A stretch of DNA of 64,000 nucleotides from Chloroflexota bacterium (GTDB lineage: Bacteria > Chloroflexota > Limnocylindria > Limnocylindrales > CSP1-4). This document shows positions 25,274 to 36,072 of this stretch, one piece after another. Position 1 is the stretch's first letter. Every line of letters begins with the position of its first letter. The stretch is taken from the NCBI GenBank assembly GCA_025935925.1, contig JAICUI010000004.1, positions 24,138-88,137 of the forward strand. Direction: 5' to 3'. The notes beneath the pieces are model-generated. The model made no database searches and was not told the origin of the DNA. It worked only from the letters and a program-made list of their open reading frames with translations. The position numbers and the translations under genes are program-made.

Positions 25274-26422
25274 TCAGGCGGCGAACCGGCTCGCGCGGAA
25301 CCCTTCGACGGGATAGGCCGTCCGGCCGTGGATCGCGAGGTCGGCCAGGATCTCGCCGACGACCGGCGAGAACTTGAAGCCGTGGCCCGAGCAGGCCGAG
25401 GCGACGGCGACGCCGGGCGCTCCGGGGTACGTGTCGAGCACGAAGTCCTCGTCCGGCGTGTCCGTGTACAGGCACACCGACGCGCCGCGGAGCGGGCCGT
25501 TCGCGCCGGGCATCCGCGTCCGCAGGAATGCCCGCACGCGGGCCTCGTCCCCGGGCGTCAGGCCGCGGTCGAGCGCCTCCAGCTCGTCTGACGCGACGAC
25601 CTCCCCGGAGTGGTGCCGCGCGACCTTGAGACCCGCGTCGGGATCGTAGGGGAAGCCGTAGAACGAGCCGTCCACGTCGGTCTCGATGATCCACACGGGG
25701 AGCCGCCCGACGGCCACCTCGGCGGCCGGGATCCGCGGCTCGACCCACAGCAGCGGGACGCGCTCGATCCTGAGCGGCAGCCGCAGATCGGGCACGAGCT
25801 CCGGCATCCATGCCCCGCCCGCGATCACGAGGTGGCCCGCGCCGAGCGTCGTGCCCGACGCACAGTCGACCTCGTACCCGCCACCTGCCGACGAGCGCCA
25901 GCCGGTCACCCGATCCTCGAAGCGGAACGTCGCCCGATGCCGTTCGGCGACGGCGAGCTGCGCCTCGATCGCGAGGTCCGAGCGGAGCACGCCCGCCTGC
26001 TGCTCGACCAGCGCCTGCGAGCCCTCCGCGGGATCGAACACCGGCCACCGGCGCCGCAGCTCGTCGGCGTCGATCACCTCGTGCGGCAGGCCGTGCTCGC
26101 GTGCGCTGCGGATCGCGCCGTCGAGGACCGCGGACCCCGCGAGGCCGCCATAGAGCCCGCCGGTCGGGGTGAGGATCGGGGTGCCGGACTCGGCCTCGAG
26201 CGCCTGCCAGCGCGTCCACGACTCGACGGCGAGCGGCACGTACGCCGGGTCCTCGAAGTACGCGAGCCGGATGATCCGCGTGCGGCCGCCGGATGACGCC
26301 ATCCCGTGCGCCCGCCCGAAGCGCTCGACGCCCGCGACCCGCAGCCCCCGCCGGCTCAGCGCGAGCGCCGCCGCAGACCCATGGGCGCCCAGCCCGATGA
26401 CGACGGCGTCGAAGGTCTCCAT
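25274..26422 (-). CDS. Monomeric sarcosine oxidase / N-methyl-L-tryptophan oxidase family flavoprotein
   Basis: 382 aa. N-terminal DAVVIGLGAHGSAAA and the CSGHGFKF covalent-FAD region. Confidence 0.85.
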   Translation of the reverse strand: METFDAVVIGLGAHGSAAALALSRRGLRVAGVERFGRAHGMASSGGRTRIIRLAYFEDPAYVPLAVESWTRWQALEAESGTPILTPTGGLYGGLAGSAVLDGAIRSAREHGLPHEVIDADELRRRWPVFDPAEGSQALVEQQAGVLRSDLAIEAQLAVAERHRATFRFEDRVTGWRSSAGGGYEVDCASGTTLGAGHLVIAGGAWMPELVPDLRLPLRIERVPLLWVEPRIPAAEVAVGRLPVWIIETDVDGSFYGFPYDPDAGLKVARHHSGEVVASDELEALDRGLTPGDEARVRAFLRTRMPGANGPLRGASVCLYTDTPDEDFVLDTYPGAPGVAVASACSGHGFKFSPVVGEILADLAIHGRTAYPVEGFRASRFAA

Positions 26423-26444
26423 CGACCGCCCCTCCCCCGCCGCG

Positions 26445-27857
26445 CTACGGCCGGACGGCCGCCATCCGATCCAGGAGGAGCCGCTTCACACCCTCCAGCG
26501 GCACGCGCTCCTGGGTCATCGTGTCGCGGTCGCGGACCGTCACCGCGCCGTCGTCGAGCGAGTCGACGTCGACCGTCACGCACCACGGCGTGCCGATCTC
26601 GTCCTGCCGCCGGTAGAGCTTGCCGATCGCCGCCGTGTCGTCGTAGACGGCCATGAGGTCGCGCTTCAGGTCGCCGAGGAGCCGGTGGCACAGCTCCACG
26701 ATCTCCGGCCGCTTCTTGAGCAGCGGCAGGACCGCGACCTTGTACGGCGCGAGGTCCGGGTGCAGGCCGAGGACCACGCGGGTCTCGCCACGCACCTCCT
26801 CCTCGCGATACGCGTCGATGAGGAACGTGAACGCGGCCCGGTCGGCGCCGGCCGCCGTCTCGACGATCCACGGGATGAAGTGCTCGCCCGTGGCCTGGTC
26901 GAAGTACTCGAGGTTCTCGCCGGACGCCTTGGCGTGGTTGCCGAGGTCGAAGTCGCCGCGGTTGTGGATCCCCTCGAGCTCCTTCCAGCCGAACGGGAAG
27001 CGGTACTCGACGTCGATCGCCTTCTTGGCGTAGTGCGCGAGCTCGTCCTTCGCGTGCTCCCGGAAGCGCAGCCGCGACGGCGTCACGCCGTACGCCTCGT
27101 ACCACGCGCGGCGCTTCGGCAGCCACTGCTCGAACGCCGCCGCCGCGCCCTCCTCGGGGCGGACGAAGTACTGCATCTCCATCTGCTCGAACTCGCGCAT
27201 CCGGAACACGAAGTTGCCGGGCGAGATCTCGTTCCGGAACGACTTCCCGATCTGCGCGATACCGAACGGGATCTTCTTGCGCGAGCTCTGCTGCACGTTC
27301 TTGAAGTTGACGTACGAGCCCTGCGCCGTCTCCGGCCGGAAGTAGACGATGTTGCCGTCGTCCTCGACCGGGCCCATGTGGCTCGTGAACATCAGGTTGA
27401 ACCGGCGGGGCGGCGACAGCGGGCCGCCGTCGTTCGGACAGACCAGGCCCAGCCGCTGCGTCACGGTCTCGTCGCGCAGGTCGGTCTGGCTCAGGTCCTC
27501 GGCACCCGGCAGCTCGTCGAGCCGGTAGCGCCGGTGGCACGTCGCGCATTCGACGAGCGGATCGCTGAACGAGCCGACGTGGCCGCTCGTGACCCACACC
27601 TGCGGGTGCATGAGGATCCCGGCGTCGAGCCCGACGATGTCGTCGCGGTCCTGGACCATCGCCCGCCACCACGCGCGCTTGGTGTTGTTCTTCAGCTCGA
27701 CGCCGAGGGGCCCGTAGTCCCACACGGCGTTGATGCCGCCGTAGATCTCGGACGACGGGAAGATGAAGCCGCGCCGCTTGGACAGCGAGACGATCGTCTC
27801 GAGGTTCGCGACGGCGGGCGCGACCGCGTTGGGGTCGGGGTCCGGGGAGGTGGTCAC
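26445..27857 (-). CDS. glyQS: Glycine--tRNA ligase (dimeric class II)
   Basis: GTG 27857 with a GGAG SD inside ORF 26445..27911. [35 protein letters not shown] is diagnostic. Confidence 0.92.
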   Translation of the reverse strand: MTTSPDPDPNAVAPAVANLETIVSLSKRRGFIFPSSEIYGGINAVWDYGPLGVELKNNTKRAWWRAMVQDRDDIVGLDAGILMHPQVWVTSGHVGSFSDPLVECATCHRRYRLDELPGAEDLSQTDLRDETVTQRLGLVCPNDGGPLSPPRRFNLMFTSHMGPVEDDGNIVYFRPETAQGSYVNFKNVQQSSRKKIPFGIAQIGKSFRNEISPGNFVFRMREFEQMEMQYFVRPEEGAAAAFEQWLPKRRAWYEAYGVTPSRLRFREHAKDELAHYAKKAIDVEYRFPFGWKELEGIHNRGDFDLGNHAKASGENLEYFDQATGEHFIPWIVETAAGADRAAFTFLIDAYREEEVRGETRVVLGLHPDLAPYKVAVLPLLKKRPEIVELCHRLLGDLKRDLMAVYDDTAAIGKLYRRQDEIGTPWCVTVDVDSLDDGAVTVRDRDTMTQERVPLEGVKRLLLDRMAAVRP

Positions 27858-27963
27858 GGGAGGCTCCGTATGGCGTCGGTCCTGGCATGGCCGAGCGCGG
27901 TGGATGGGCACCCGATGCTAGCAGGCACGCCATCCGCGCCCGGGCACCGGCGATACTCGCCGC

Positions 27964-29466
27964 ATGCCGGGTTACGTCGGGGCGCTCGACCAGGGAACGA
28001 CGAGCACCCGGTTCATGGTGTTCGACCACGCGGGAACGCCGGTCGCCGCACATCAGCTCGAGCACCACCAGTCGTACCCGCGGCCGGGGTGGGTCGAGCA
28101 CGATCCGCTCGAGATCCTCGACCGGGCCCGCGAGGCGATCGCCGGCGCGCTCCGGGCGGCGGGGCTGGCCGCCCGCGACCTCGCGGCCGTCGGGATCACG
28201 AACCAGCGCGAGACCACCGTCGTGTGGGACCGCTCGACCGGCCGGCCGGTGCATCCCGCGATCGTGTGGCAGGACACGCGAACCGATGCGCTCGTGGCGG
28301 CGCTCGCGCGCGACGGCGGAGCGGACCGCTTCAGGGCGGCGACCGGGCTGCCGCTGGCGACCTACTTCGCGGGCCCCAAGGCCCGCTGGATCCTGGACGA
28401 GGTGCCGGGGGCCCGGGCGCGGGCCGAGGCGGGCGAGCTCGCGTTCGGCACCATCGACACGTGGCTCGCGTGGAACCTCACGGGCGGCGTCGACGGCGGC
28501 GTCCACGTCACGGATGTCACGAACGCCAGCCGGACGATGCTCATGGACCTCGCGTCGCTCGACTGGGACGACGGGCTGCTCCGGACGATCGGCGTGCCGC
28601 GCGCGATGCTGCCCGAGATCCGGCCGTCCTCCGCGGTGGCCGGCGCGGCGCACGGTGCGCTCGAGGGCGTGCCGATCGCCGGCATCCTCGGGGACCAGCA
28701 CGCGGCGCTGCTGGGGCAGGTGTGCCTCGACCCTGGCGATGCGAAGAACACCTACGGGACGGGTTGCTTCCTGCTGCTCAACACGGGCACGCGGATCGTC
28801 CCGTCGACCTCCGGCCTCCTGACGACCGTCGCCTACCGGCTCGGCGACGCCCCCGCGCACTACGCCCTGGAGGGCTCGGTCGCCATCGCCGGGGCGCTCG
28901 TCCAGTGGTTGCGCGACAACCTCGGGCTGATCCGGACCGCCGCCGAGGTGGAGGACCTGGCCCGGACGGTCGACGACAACGGCGGCGTCTGGTTCGTCCC
29001 GGCGTTCTCGGGCCTGTTCGCGCCGCACTGGCGGAGCGATGCCCGGGGCATCATCGTCGGCCTGACCCGCTACGCCAACCGCGGGCACATCGCGCGGGCG
29101 GCCCTCGAGGCGACGGCGTGGCAGACGCGCGAGGTGCTGGACGCGATGCACGCGGACGCCGGCGTCGAGCTGACGTCCCTGCGCGTCGACGGCGGGATGG
29201 TCGTCGACGAGCTGCTGATGCAGCTCCAGGCGGACGTCATCGGCGTCCCGGTCGTGCGACCGACGGTCGCCGAGACGACCGCGCTCGGGGCCGCGTACGC
29301 CGCCGGCCTCGCCGTCGGGTTCTGGGCGAGCCCGGACGAGCTGCGCGCGAACTGGTCCGCGGATCGGACCTGGATACCGGCGATGGCCCCCGCCGACCGC
29401 GAGCGTGCGTATGCGACGTGGAAGCGGGCCGTAGCGCGGACGCTCGACTGGGTCGAACCCGGATGA
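27964..29466 (+). CDS. glpK: Glycerol kinase
   Basis: 500 aa. [18 protein letters not shown] and [13 protein letters not shown]. Confidence 0.93.
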   Translation: MPGYVGALDQGTTSTRFMVFDHAGTPVAAHQLEHHQSYPRPGWVEHDPLEILDRAREAIAGALRAAGLAARDLAAVGITNQRETTVVWDRSTGRPVHPAIVWQDTRTDALVAALARDGGADRFRAATGLPLATYFAGPKARWILDEVPGARARAEAGELAFGTIDTWLAWNLTGGVDGGVHVTDVTNASRTMLMDLASLDWDDGLLRTIGVPRAMLPEIRPSSAVAGAAHGALEGVPIAGILGDQHAALLGQVCLDPGDAKNTYGTGCFLLLNTGTRIVPSTSGLLTTVAYRLGDAPAHYALEGSVAIAGALVQWLRDNLGLIRTAAEVEDLARTVDDNGGVWFVPAFSGLFAPHWRSDARGIIVGLTRYANRGHIARAALEATAWQTREVLDAMHADAGVELTSLRVDGGMVVDELLMQLQADVIGVPVVRPTVAETTALGAAYAAGLAVGFWASPDELRANWSADRTWIPAMAPADRERAYATWKRAVARTLDWVEPG

Positions 29467-30503
29467 CGCTCCGGGTCGTCGTCGTGGGGCCGGGGGCGGT
29501 GGGGACGTTCCTCGCGGCGGTCCTCGCGCGCGGCGGGACGGACGTCACGCTGGTCGGTCGTGGGGACGGGCCGTCGGGGCGCGCGGAGGTCCGCCTCGAG
29601 GATGTCGAAGCGAACGTCACGGTGACCGTCACGCGGGCGTCGGCCGCCGACGCCCGCGTCGACGCGCCGGACCTCATCGTCCTCGCGGTGAAGGGGTTCG
29701 ACCTCGACGCGGCGCTCGCGACGGCCGCGCGCTGGCCCGACGCGCCGGTCATGACGGTCCAGAACGGGATCGGTGCCGAAGCCATCGCAGCGGCGGAGCG
29801 GACGTCCCCGGTGGTCGCGGCGTCGCTCACGTCGGCCGTGGTCCTGGTGCCCGGCGGCGTGCGCCGGCTGCGGCGCGCCGGGATGGGCGTGGCGGACGCC
29901 CGGGGCACGGGGCACGCGCGACTGGCCGCGATCGCCGCTGCCTTCGAGGCGGGTGGGCTCGAGACGCGCGTGTACCCCGACGCCGCGAGCATGAAGTGGT
30001 CCAAGCTGCTCGCGAACCTCGTGGGCAACGCGACGAGCGCGATCCTCGACCTCGACCCGGCCGCGATCTACGCGGACCCGGTCGCGTACCCGATCGAACG
30101 GCGCCAGCTGCTCGAAGCGCGCGACGTCATGCGCGCGGTCAGCGCCGACGCGGTCGACCTGCCCGGCGCGCCGGTCCGTCCCCTCCTCCTCGGCGTGCGG
30201 CTGCCCGCATGGCTCGCCCGGCCCGTCCTGTCCCGGGCGATCGGCGGCGCGCGCGGCGGCAAGTCGCCCTCGCTCCGGCTCCACGTGCGCGGCGGCGACG
30301 GGACCCCGCCACGTTCCGGCCCGACGGAGATCGACACGCTCAACGGCGCCGTCGCGCTCGAGGCCGGGCGCCGCAACCGCCGGGCGCCCGTGAATGCCGC
30401 GCTCGCCGCGATCGTCGAGGAGGTCGCAACCAGTCCCGACCGCGCGGCGTGGTTCTCGGGACGCCCGGACCGCCTGCGCGCGGCCGTCGAGGACGGCGGC
30501 TGA
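29463..30503 (+). CDS. Ketopantoate reductase (PanE/ApbA) family oxidoreductase
   Basis: ATG 29463 overlaps the glpK stop (ATGA). [21 protein letters not shown] Rossmann motif and [10 protein letters not shown] motif. Confidence 0.75.
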   Translation: MTLRVVVVGPGAVGTFLAAVLARGGTDVTLVGRGDGPSGRAEVRLEDVEANVTVTVTRASAADARVDAPDLIVLAVKGFDLDAALATAARWPDAPVMTVQNGIGAEAIAAAERTSPVVAASLTSAVVLVPGGVRRLRRAGMGVADARGTGHARLAAIAAAFEAGGLETRVYPDAASMKWSKLLANLVGNATSAILDLDPAAIYADPVAYPIERRQLLEARDVMRAVSADAVDLPGAPVRPLLLGVRLPAWLARPVLSRAIGGARGGKSPSLRLHVRGGDGTPPRSGPTEIDTLNGAVALEAGRRNRRAPVNAALAAIVEEVATSPDRAAWFSGRPDRLRAAVEDGG

Positions 30504-30980
30504 CTACTTCAGGGCGTTGCGGATCGCGTCCTCGGCATCCGGGTCGAGCGTCGTCTGGATCACGTCGCCCTTGAAGTTGCGCAGGACGCCGAGCGCCGCG
30601 TCGCGGTCGGCGCCGCGGACGAGCAGGAACAGCGCCGACTTCCCGGGCGGCAGCTCCTCCTTGACGTCCTTCACGAAGTCGCCCGAGACGCCGCGACCCA
30701 TGAGCGCGCCGATGCCGCCGCCGACGAGCGCGCCGACCGCGATCCCGGCGACCGGGAACATGAACGTGATGAACCCGCCCAGGATGGCGCCGATGGCCGC
30801 GCCCGTCTCGGTCGTGCTGCTGGCCTCGTTCTTCACCTGGAACTTGCCGTCGAGGCCGTGGGTCACGACCGCGGTGTCCTCGAACGAGATGCGGCCGTCG
30901 TGCTCGAGCCGGCGGAGCGACTTGAGCGCCTCGAGCGCCTGCTCCTCGGTGTCGAAGCCGAGGACGACGAGCTGACTCAT
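30504..30980 (-). CDS. DUF1269-type small membrane protein
   Basis: ATG 30980 with a GGAGG SD inside ORF 30504..31649. Gly-rich hydrophobic core GAAIGAILGGFITFMFPVAGIAVGALVGGGIGALMG. Confidence 0.75.
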   Translation of the reverse strand: MSQLVVLGFDTEEQALEALKSLRRLEHDGRISFEDTAVVTHGLDGKFQVKNEASSTTETGAAIGAILGGFITFMFPVAGIAVGALVGGGIGALMGRGVSGDFVKDVKEELPPGKSALFLLVRGADRDAALGVLRNFKGDVIQTTLDPDAEDAIRNALK

Positions 30981-31088
30981 GAGAACCTCCGGGCACGATC
31001 GGCGGGCGGACGCCGACCAGCGTAACGCGTCACCCGATCCGCGCACCAGCCCCGGCCGGGCCACGGCCACTGCGTATACTCCCGCCCC

Positions 31089-31718
31089 GTGGAGCCGTGG
31101 GAGATCGTCCGGGCGATCATCGTCGTCGTCGCGGCGTACCTCATCGGCGGCATCCCGTGGGGCGTGATCATCGCCCGCGTCTCCGGCGGCCCGGACCCGC
31201 GCACGATCGGCAGCGGGCGGACGGGCGGCTCCAACGCCATCCGGGCCCTCGGGCCGCGGCTCGGGCTGGTCGCCGGGATCCTCGACCTGCTGAAGGGCGT
31301 CGCCGCGGTGCTGCTCGCCCGGGCGGTCGGCGCGGGACCCGGCGTGGAGGTGGTGGCGGCGCTCGCGGCGGTCGTCGGCCACAGCCGGTCGCCGTTCCTC
31401 GGGCTCAACGGCGGCCGCGGCGTGGCGACGGGCTTCGGCGCGCTGCTCGTGTTCAGCCCGATCGTGGCGCTGCTCGTCGTCCCCGTCTTCGGCCTGACGA
31501 TCTGGCTCACGAAGTACTCGTCGGTCGGGTCGCTCGTCGCGACCGGGCTCGGCGGGATCGGGCTCGCGATCGCCGTTGCCGTCGTGCCGCTCAGCCCCTG
31601 GTACTACCTGTACGCGGGCGTCGGGACGCTGCTGATCTTCCTGTTCCACACCGACAACATCCAGCGGCTCCTGGCGGGCCAGGAGCGGAAGGTCGGGACG
31701 CCTCGCGACCCGGGCTGA
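31089..31718 (+). CDS. plsY: Glycerol-3-phosphate acyltransferase PlsY
   Basis: 209 aa. GSGRTGGSNAIRALG and HSRSPFLGLNGGRGVATGFG motifs. Confidence 0.9.
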   Translation: MEPWEIVRAIIVVVAAYLIGGIPWGVIIARVSGGPDPRTIGSGRTGGSNAIRALGPRLGLVAGILDLLKGVAAVLLARAVGAGPGVEVVAALAAVVGHSRSPFLGLNGGRGVATGFGALLVFSPIVALLVVPVFGLTIWLTKYSSVGSLVATGLGGIGLAIAVAVVPLSPWYYLYAGVGTLLIFLFHTDNIQRLLAGQERKVGTPRDPG

Positions 31719-32903
31719 TCAGTCCTCGGGGAGCGTCACCGAGAACACGCGCAGCGCGTTCTCGCCCATGACCCCGCGGATCGCCGCCTCGTCGAGGCCC
31801 ACGTCGAGCAGCGCCGCCGTCAGCCGGTCGGGCCGAGCCGCGTCGAACGGGACCGCGACCGCGCCGTCCCAGTCGGATCCCAGCGCGACGTGGTCGGCGC
31901 CGATCCGTTCCACCGCGTATGCGATCGACCGCGCGATCGCCGCCGCGTCCGGACCGCCGCACGCCGTCTCCCAGAACCCGATCCCGACGAGGCCGCCCGT
32001 CGCCGCGACGCCCGCCAGCTGCTCGTCGGACAGGTTGCGCACGTTGTCGGCGATCCCGCGCACGCCGGTGTGCGACGCGATCACGGGTCGCGTGGCGACC
32101 GTGAGGGCGTCGTCGATCGTGCGCGGCGATCCGTGGGCGACGTCGAGGAGCACGCCCCGGCGCTCCATCCGCGCCACCATGTCGCGTCCGGCGGCCGTGA
32201 GGCCGTAGCGCGCCACGCCGTGCGCCGAGCCGCCGAACGCGGTGTCGAAGAAGTGCGCGGGCGAGATCATCCGGACGCCGAGATCCGCGACGACGTCGAC
32301 GTTGGCCGGGTCGCCCTCGAGCGCATGCGCGCCCTCGATCGACAGCAGGCCCGCGGCGGTGGCCGGATTGGCCGCATGGTCCGCGAGGTACGCCGCGAGC
32401 TCGGCGCGCGTGGTCACGATCCGGAACGCGCCGCCCGAGCGCGCCTCGAGGTCCCGCGCGCGTCCCACGAGGTACGCGACCCGCGGCAGCAACCGGCGCC
32501 ACGTCGCGGGCGGCCAGCGCTTGGCGAGCGCGAGCGTCCGCACCTCGTCGGAGCGGTCGTCGTTCGCGTCGTAGTTCAGGCCGCGCGGCGTCTTCACGGC
32601 CATCGACAGCACCTGGAGCGCGACCCGGCCCTCGATCATCCGCGGCACGTCGAGGTGGCCGCGCGACGAGCGGCGCAGTAGGTCCCGCCCGAACAGCAGC
32701 GAGTCGGCATGCAGGTCCACCACGCGCAGCTCCCGGTGCAGCTCGCGTGCGCGGGCCGGGACCGGCGTCGGTGGCGGCGGCGCGACCGGGTTCAGCCGCC
32801 GCTCGACCTGCGCGACGGCCAGGTCGAGCGCCGGCCGCGCGACGGCGAGCCCGGCGACGACCGCGCCGGCGGCGACCACCGCGGCGCGCCGGCGGACCGT
32901 CAC
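31719..32903 (-). CDS. Membrane dipeptidase (peptidase M19 family) with N-terminal hydrophobic anchor
   Basis: GTG 32903 overlaps the upstream stop (GTGA) inside ORF 31719..33257. VVDLHADSLL, SIEGAHALEG and ASHTGVRG motifs. Confidence 0.82.
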   Translation of the reverse strand: MTVRRRAAVVAAGAVVAGLAVARPALDLAVAQVERRLNPVAPPPPTPVPARARELHRELRVVDLHADSLLFGRDLLRRSSRGHLDVPRMIEGRVALQVLSMAVKTPRGLNYDANDDRSDEVRTLALAKRWPPATWRRLLPRVAYLVGRARDLEARSGGAFRIVTTRAELAAYLADHAANPATAAGLLSIEGAHALEGDPANVDVVADLGVRMISPAHFFDTAFGGSAHGVARYGLTAAGRDMVARMERRGVLLDVAHGSPRTIDDALTVATRPVIASHTGVRGIADNVRNLSDEQLAGVAATGGLVGIGFWETACGGPDAAAIARSIAYAVERIGADHVALGSDWDGAVAVPFDAARPDRLTAALLDVGLDEAAIRGVMGENALRVFSVTLPED

Positions 32904-33325
32904 AGCCCGAAGGCCACGCCGCGCGTCGGCCGGACCCGGAGCGGGACGTTGTAGATCGTCGCCATCTCCTCCGGGGAGCCCAGGAGGTCGTCGATGAGCC
33001 GGCGGTACTTCGCGAGGTACGCCGGGTTCTCGGGCACGGGCGGCGTCGCCGGGTCGATGCGCGCCTCGCCCTCGATCACGACGATGCCGTCGCCCTTGCC
33101 GTCGTCGTTGAGGTGGACCGACACGCGCGGGTTGACGGCGAGGTTCGCGTTGCGGCGCGCGCGCCGGTCGCCGTAGATGAGGATCTCGCCGTCGTGCCAC
33201 AGGTACCAGATCGGGAACGTCTGCGGCTGACCCTCGGGCGTCACCGTGGTGAGCCACGCGACGGTATCCCGCTCCAGCCGCGCCAGCGCGCGGGCGTCGC
33301 GATCCGAGCCGGTGTCGAAGACCAC
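32900..33325 (-). CDS. PPOX-class (probably F420-dependent) pyridoxamine 5'-phosphate oxidase family protein
   Basis: 141 aa. VAWLTTVTPEGQPQTFPIWYLWHDGEILIY fits the split-barrel family. Confidence 0.75.
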   Translation of the reverse strand: MVFDTGSDRDARALARLERDTVAWLTTVTPEGQPQTFPIWYLWHDGEILIYGDRRARRNANLAVNPRVSVHLNDDGKGDGIVVIEGEARIDPATPPVPENPAYLAKYRRLIDDLLGSPEEMATIYNVPLRVRPTRGVAFGL

Positions 33326-33355
33326 GGGAACCTCCGAAGGGTGGTGGGCGGCGGG

Positions 33356-34162
33356 TCAGGCGGGCGTGGCCGCGGGTGACGGCGACGGCAGCGTCGACGG
33401 ATGGCCCGCACGGACCTCGTCGAGGAAGGCCAGCGAGCGCGGGTCACGCTCGAGGGCGATCCGCATGAAGTCGCGCATGGCGGCCTCGACCTCGCGCTCC
33501 ACGGCATCGGCCAGCCGCAGCGTCGCGATCGCCTCGATGTCCAGCCGCTGGTACGCCTTGAGCAGCTTGAGCGCATCGAGCGACAGGCCGGTCCGCTGCG
33601 CGGGCGGGCCCGGGCATCGCCCGCAGACGACGCCGCCGAGCGGCGGGATCCAGCGGAACGTCTCGGTCGCCTCGAGCATCCGGTCGCACTCGACGCAGCG
33701 GTCCACCTCCGGCCGCTGGCCCAGCTCGTCGGCGAGGTGCATCTCGTACCAGCGCGCCACGCGGCCCGGCGCCATCCCGGCATCGAGCAGCTCGTAGGCG
33801 CGGTGCAGCAGGTCGTACAGCGGCTGCGCCGCGTGGCGCTCCTCGAGGCTCCGGTCGGCGAGCTCGGCGAGGTACCACGCGGTCGCCGCGCTCTCGAGGC
33901 GATCCCTGAGACCCAGCCAGGCATGGCCGACGTGGACCTCGGTCACGACGTCGAACGTCCGGCCGCGCGCGAGGACGACGGACAGCTCGGCGAACGGCTC
34001 GAGCGAGCCACCGAGCCGCGACGCCGGCCGCCGGATGCCCTTGGCGATCGCCTTGAGCTTCCCGTAGTCCGGCGTGACCAGGGTCACGACGCGGTCGGCC
34101 TCGCCCAGGTCGAACCGCGACAGGACGATGGCGTCGGTGACGTAGCGGCGCGGGACGGGCAC
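33356..34162 (-). CDS. recO: DNA repair protein RecO
   Basis: Start placed at in-frame GTG 34162 (VPVPRRYVTDAIVLSRFDLGEADRVVTL). Zinc motif CVECD..CGRC. The start is uncertain. Confidence 0.85.
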   Translation of the reverse strand: MPVPRRYVTDAIVLSRFDLGEADRVVTLVTPDYGKLKAIAKGIRRPASRLGGSLEPFAELSVVLARGRTFDVVTEVHVGHAWLGLRDRLESAATAWYLAELADRSLEERHAAQPLYDLLHRAYELLDAGMAPGRVARWYEMHLADELGQRPEVDRCVECDRMLEATETFRWIPPLGGVVCGRCPGPPAQRTGLSLDALKLLKAYQRLDIEAIATLRLADAVEREVEAAMRDFMRIALERDPRSLAFLDEVRAGHPSTLPSPSPAATPA

Positions 34163-34193
34163 GAGGGCGACGGTACCACCGACGCCGCCCCGC

Positions 34194-34919
34194 TCACACC
34201 GGCAGCGGCGCCTCGCGGGCGAGCCGGACGGCCTCGTCGATGCCGCCGTCGAAGGCGTCGCCGTGGCCCGGCAGGACGAGCCGCGCGTCGAGGCCCTCGA
34301 GGCGGCCGAGAGACGCACGGGCCGCCTCGGGGTCGGCGCTGAACGGGGCGATCCGCGGCCCGCGCGAGCCGGTCGTGACGGCATAGGTCGCCATCGCGTC
34401 GCCGACGAGCAGCGCCCCGTGCCCCGCGAAGTGCAGGGCGGCGCTGCCCGGAGTGTGGCCCGGGACGAGGATCACCCGCGGCGACCCCGGCACGTCGAGC
34501 GTCGCACCGTCGCCGAACGTCGCGACCTCGCCGAGGTGCGTCGTTCGCAGCGCGCCGTGCCGGAGGCCCCACCACACGAACGCCAGGAGCGCGCGGGGTC
34601 TCATCGGGCCGCCGCCCCGTGCCGGATTCCCGACTTCGCCGCGCGCGAGCGCCGCGTCGAGCTCGTGGACCGAGACCGGCCAGCCGCGCTCGCGGCGGCC
34701 CCGCTCGGCGTACCCGATGTGATCCGTGTGGCCGTGGGTCAGCACGATCGCACGCACGTCGTCCAGCGTGCGGCCCATCGCACGAAGCTCGTCGGGCAGC
34801 GCCTTCCACAGGCCGGGCATGCCGGCGTCGACGATCGTCACCGCGCCCCCGTCGTCGACGAGGTAGCTGTTGACGATGCTGTCCGGGCCGACCCGGTGGA
34901 TCCGAGGCGCGATCTGCAT
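34194..34919 (-). CDS. MBL-fold metallo-hydrolase
   Basis: 241 aa with the THGHTDHIG motif. Confidence 0.85.
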   Translation of the reverse strand: MQIAPRIHRVGPDSIVNSYLVDDGGAVTIVDAGMPGLWKALPDELRAMGRTLDDVRAIVLTHGHTDHIGYAERGRRERGWPVSVHELDAALARGEVGNPARGGGPMRPRALLAFVWWGLRHGALRTTHLGEVATFGDGATLDVPGSPRVILVPGHTPGSAALHFAGHGALLVGDAMATYAVTTGSRGPRIAPFSADPEAARASLGRLEGLDARLVLPGHGDAFDGGIDEAVRLAREAPLPV

Positions 34920-35009
34920 CCGGACATGATCGCCCGCCCAAGGCCGCCATCCAACAGGCTACTTTCGACGAACACGTTTGCGCCGGGAAGGGCTACACTC
35001 GGAGCCAGC

Positions 35010-36032
35010 ATGACCGTCTCGAACGACATCGACCTCGCGCTGCTCGTCGCCGACACGGAGGCCGAGATCCTGCGCGTGCTCGGGCGCGAGGACGCCGCCA
35101 CCGCGGGCGTGTACGAGATGATCCGCTACCACCTCGGGCTCGACCACGAGGACGGGCCGCGCGGCAAGCGGATGCGGCCGCTGCTGGGGCTGCTCGCCTA
35201 CGCCTCGATCGCCGGCGAGCACGCGCGGGCGCTGCCGGGCGCGGCCGCGGTGGAGCTCGGCCACAACTTCAGCCTCGTCCACGATGACATCGAGGACGGC
35301 GACAGCGAGCGCCGCCACCGGCCCACGCTGTGGGCGAAGCACGGCGTGCCCCAGGCGATCAACACGGGCGACCTCGTCTTCAGCCTGTCGCGGATCGCGC
35401 TCCACCGGTTGTCCGAGCTCGGCTTCTCCGACGCCAAGGTCCTCCGGCTCATGCGCCTGTACGACGAGACGTGCGTGCGGCTGTGCGAGGGCCAGTACCT
35501 CGACATCGCGTTCTCGGTGTCCGCCGACCCGATGCCGGTGGAGCTGTACTTCGACATGATCGGCCGCAAGACGGCGGCGCTGATCTCGGCGTCGATCGAG
35601 GCCGGCGCCCTGCTCGCGACCGACGACGACGACCTGATCGCGGCCTACCGGCGGTTCGGCTGGGCGCTGGGCATCGCCTTCCAGCTCAACGACGACCTGC
35701 TCGGGATCTGGGGCCAGGAGGCATCGACCGGCAAGGTCCCGACCGACCTCGCGCGACACAAGAAGACGCTGCCGGTGCTGTACGCGCTCGAGCACGCGAC
35801 CGGCGCGGCCCGCGGGCGGCTCGCGGTTCTGTACGCGCAGCCGGATCCGGCCGACGACGAGCTGCTCGAGATGGCAGCGCTCATCGACCGCGCCGGCGGC
35901 CAGGCGTTCACCCGCGCCGAGGCGCGGCGGTACCGCGACGACGCGCTCGCCGAGCTCGACGCGATGCGGATCGTGGAGCCGGCGGCCCGCGAGCGGCTGC
36001 GGACCATCATCCTGGGCGTCATCACCGCCTGA
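35010..36032 (+). CDS. Polyprenyl diphosphate synthase (GGPP synthase-like)
   Basis: ATG 35010 inside ORF 34263..36032. First DDxxD in LVHDDIEDGD and second in FQLNDDLLG. Confidence 0.88.
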   Translation: MTVSNDIDLALLVADTEAEILRVLGREDAATAGVYEMIRYHLGLDHEDGPRGKRMRPLLGLLAYASIAGEHARALPGAAAVELGHNFSLVHDDIEDGDSERRHRPTLWAKHGVPQAINTGDLVFSLSRIALHRLSELGFSDAKVLRLMRLYDETCVRLCEGQYLDIAFSVSADPMPVELYFDMIGRKTAALISASIEAGALLATDDDDLIAAYRRFGWALGIAFQLNDDLLGIWGQEASTGKVPTDLARHKKTLPVLYALEHATGAARGRLAVLYAQPDPADDELLEMAALIDRAGGQAFTRAEARRYRDDALAELDAMRIVEPAARERLRTIILGVITA

Positions 36033-36072
36033 CACGCCGGCGACCAGCCGCTGCCCGCGCGCGGGAGCCGGC

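Noticed and set aside
36033-36072. Palindrome CCCGCGCGCGGG between the convergent polyprenyl synthase and CorC-like genes, identical to the one at 1754-1765, as a possible bidirectional terminator or shared motif.
   Set aside because: The stem would have essentially no loop and there is no U tract. A 12-nt GC-only palindrome can recur by chance at this GC content. Two copies are insufficient to call a repeat family.
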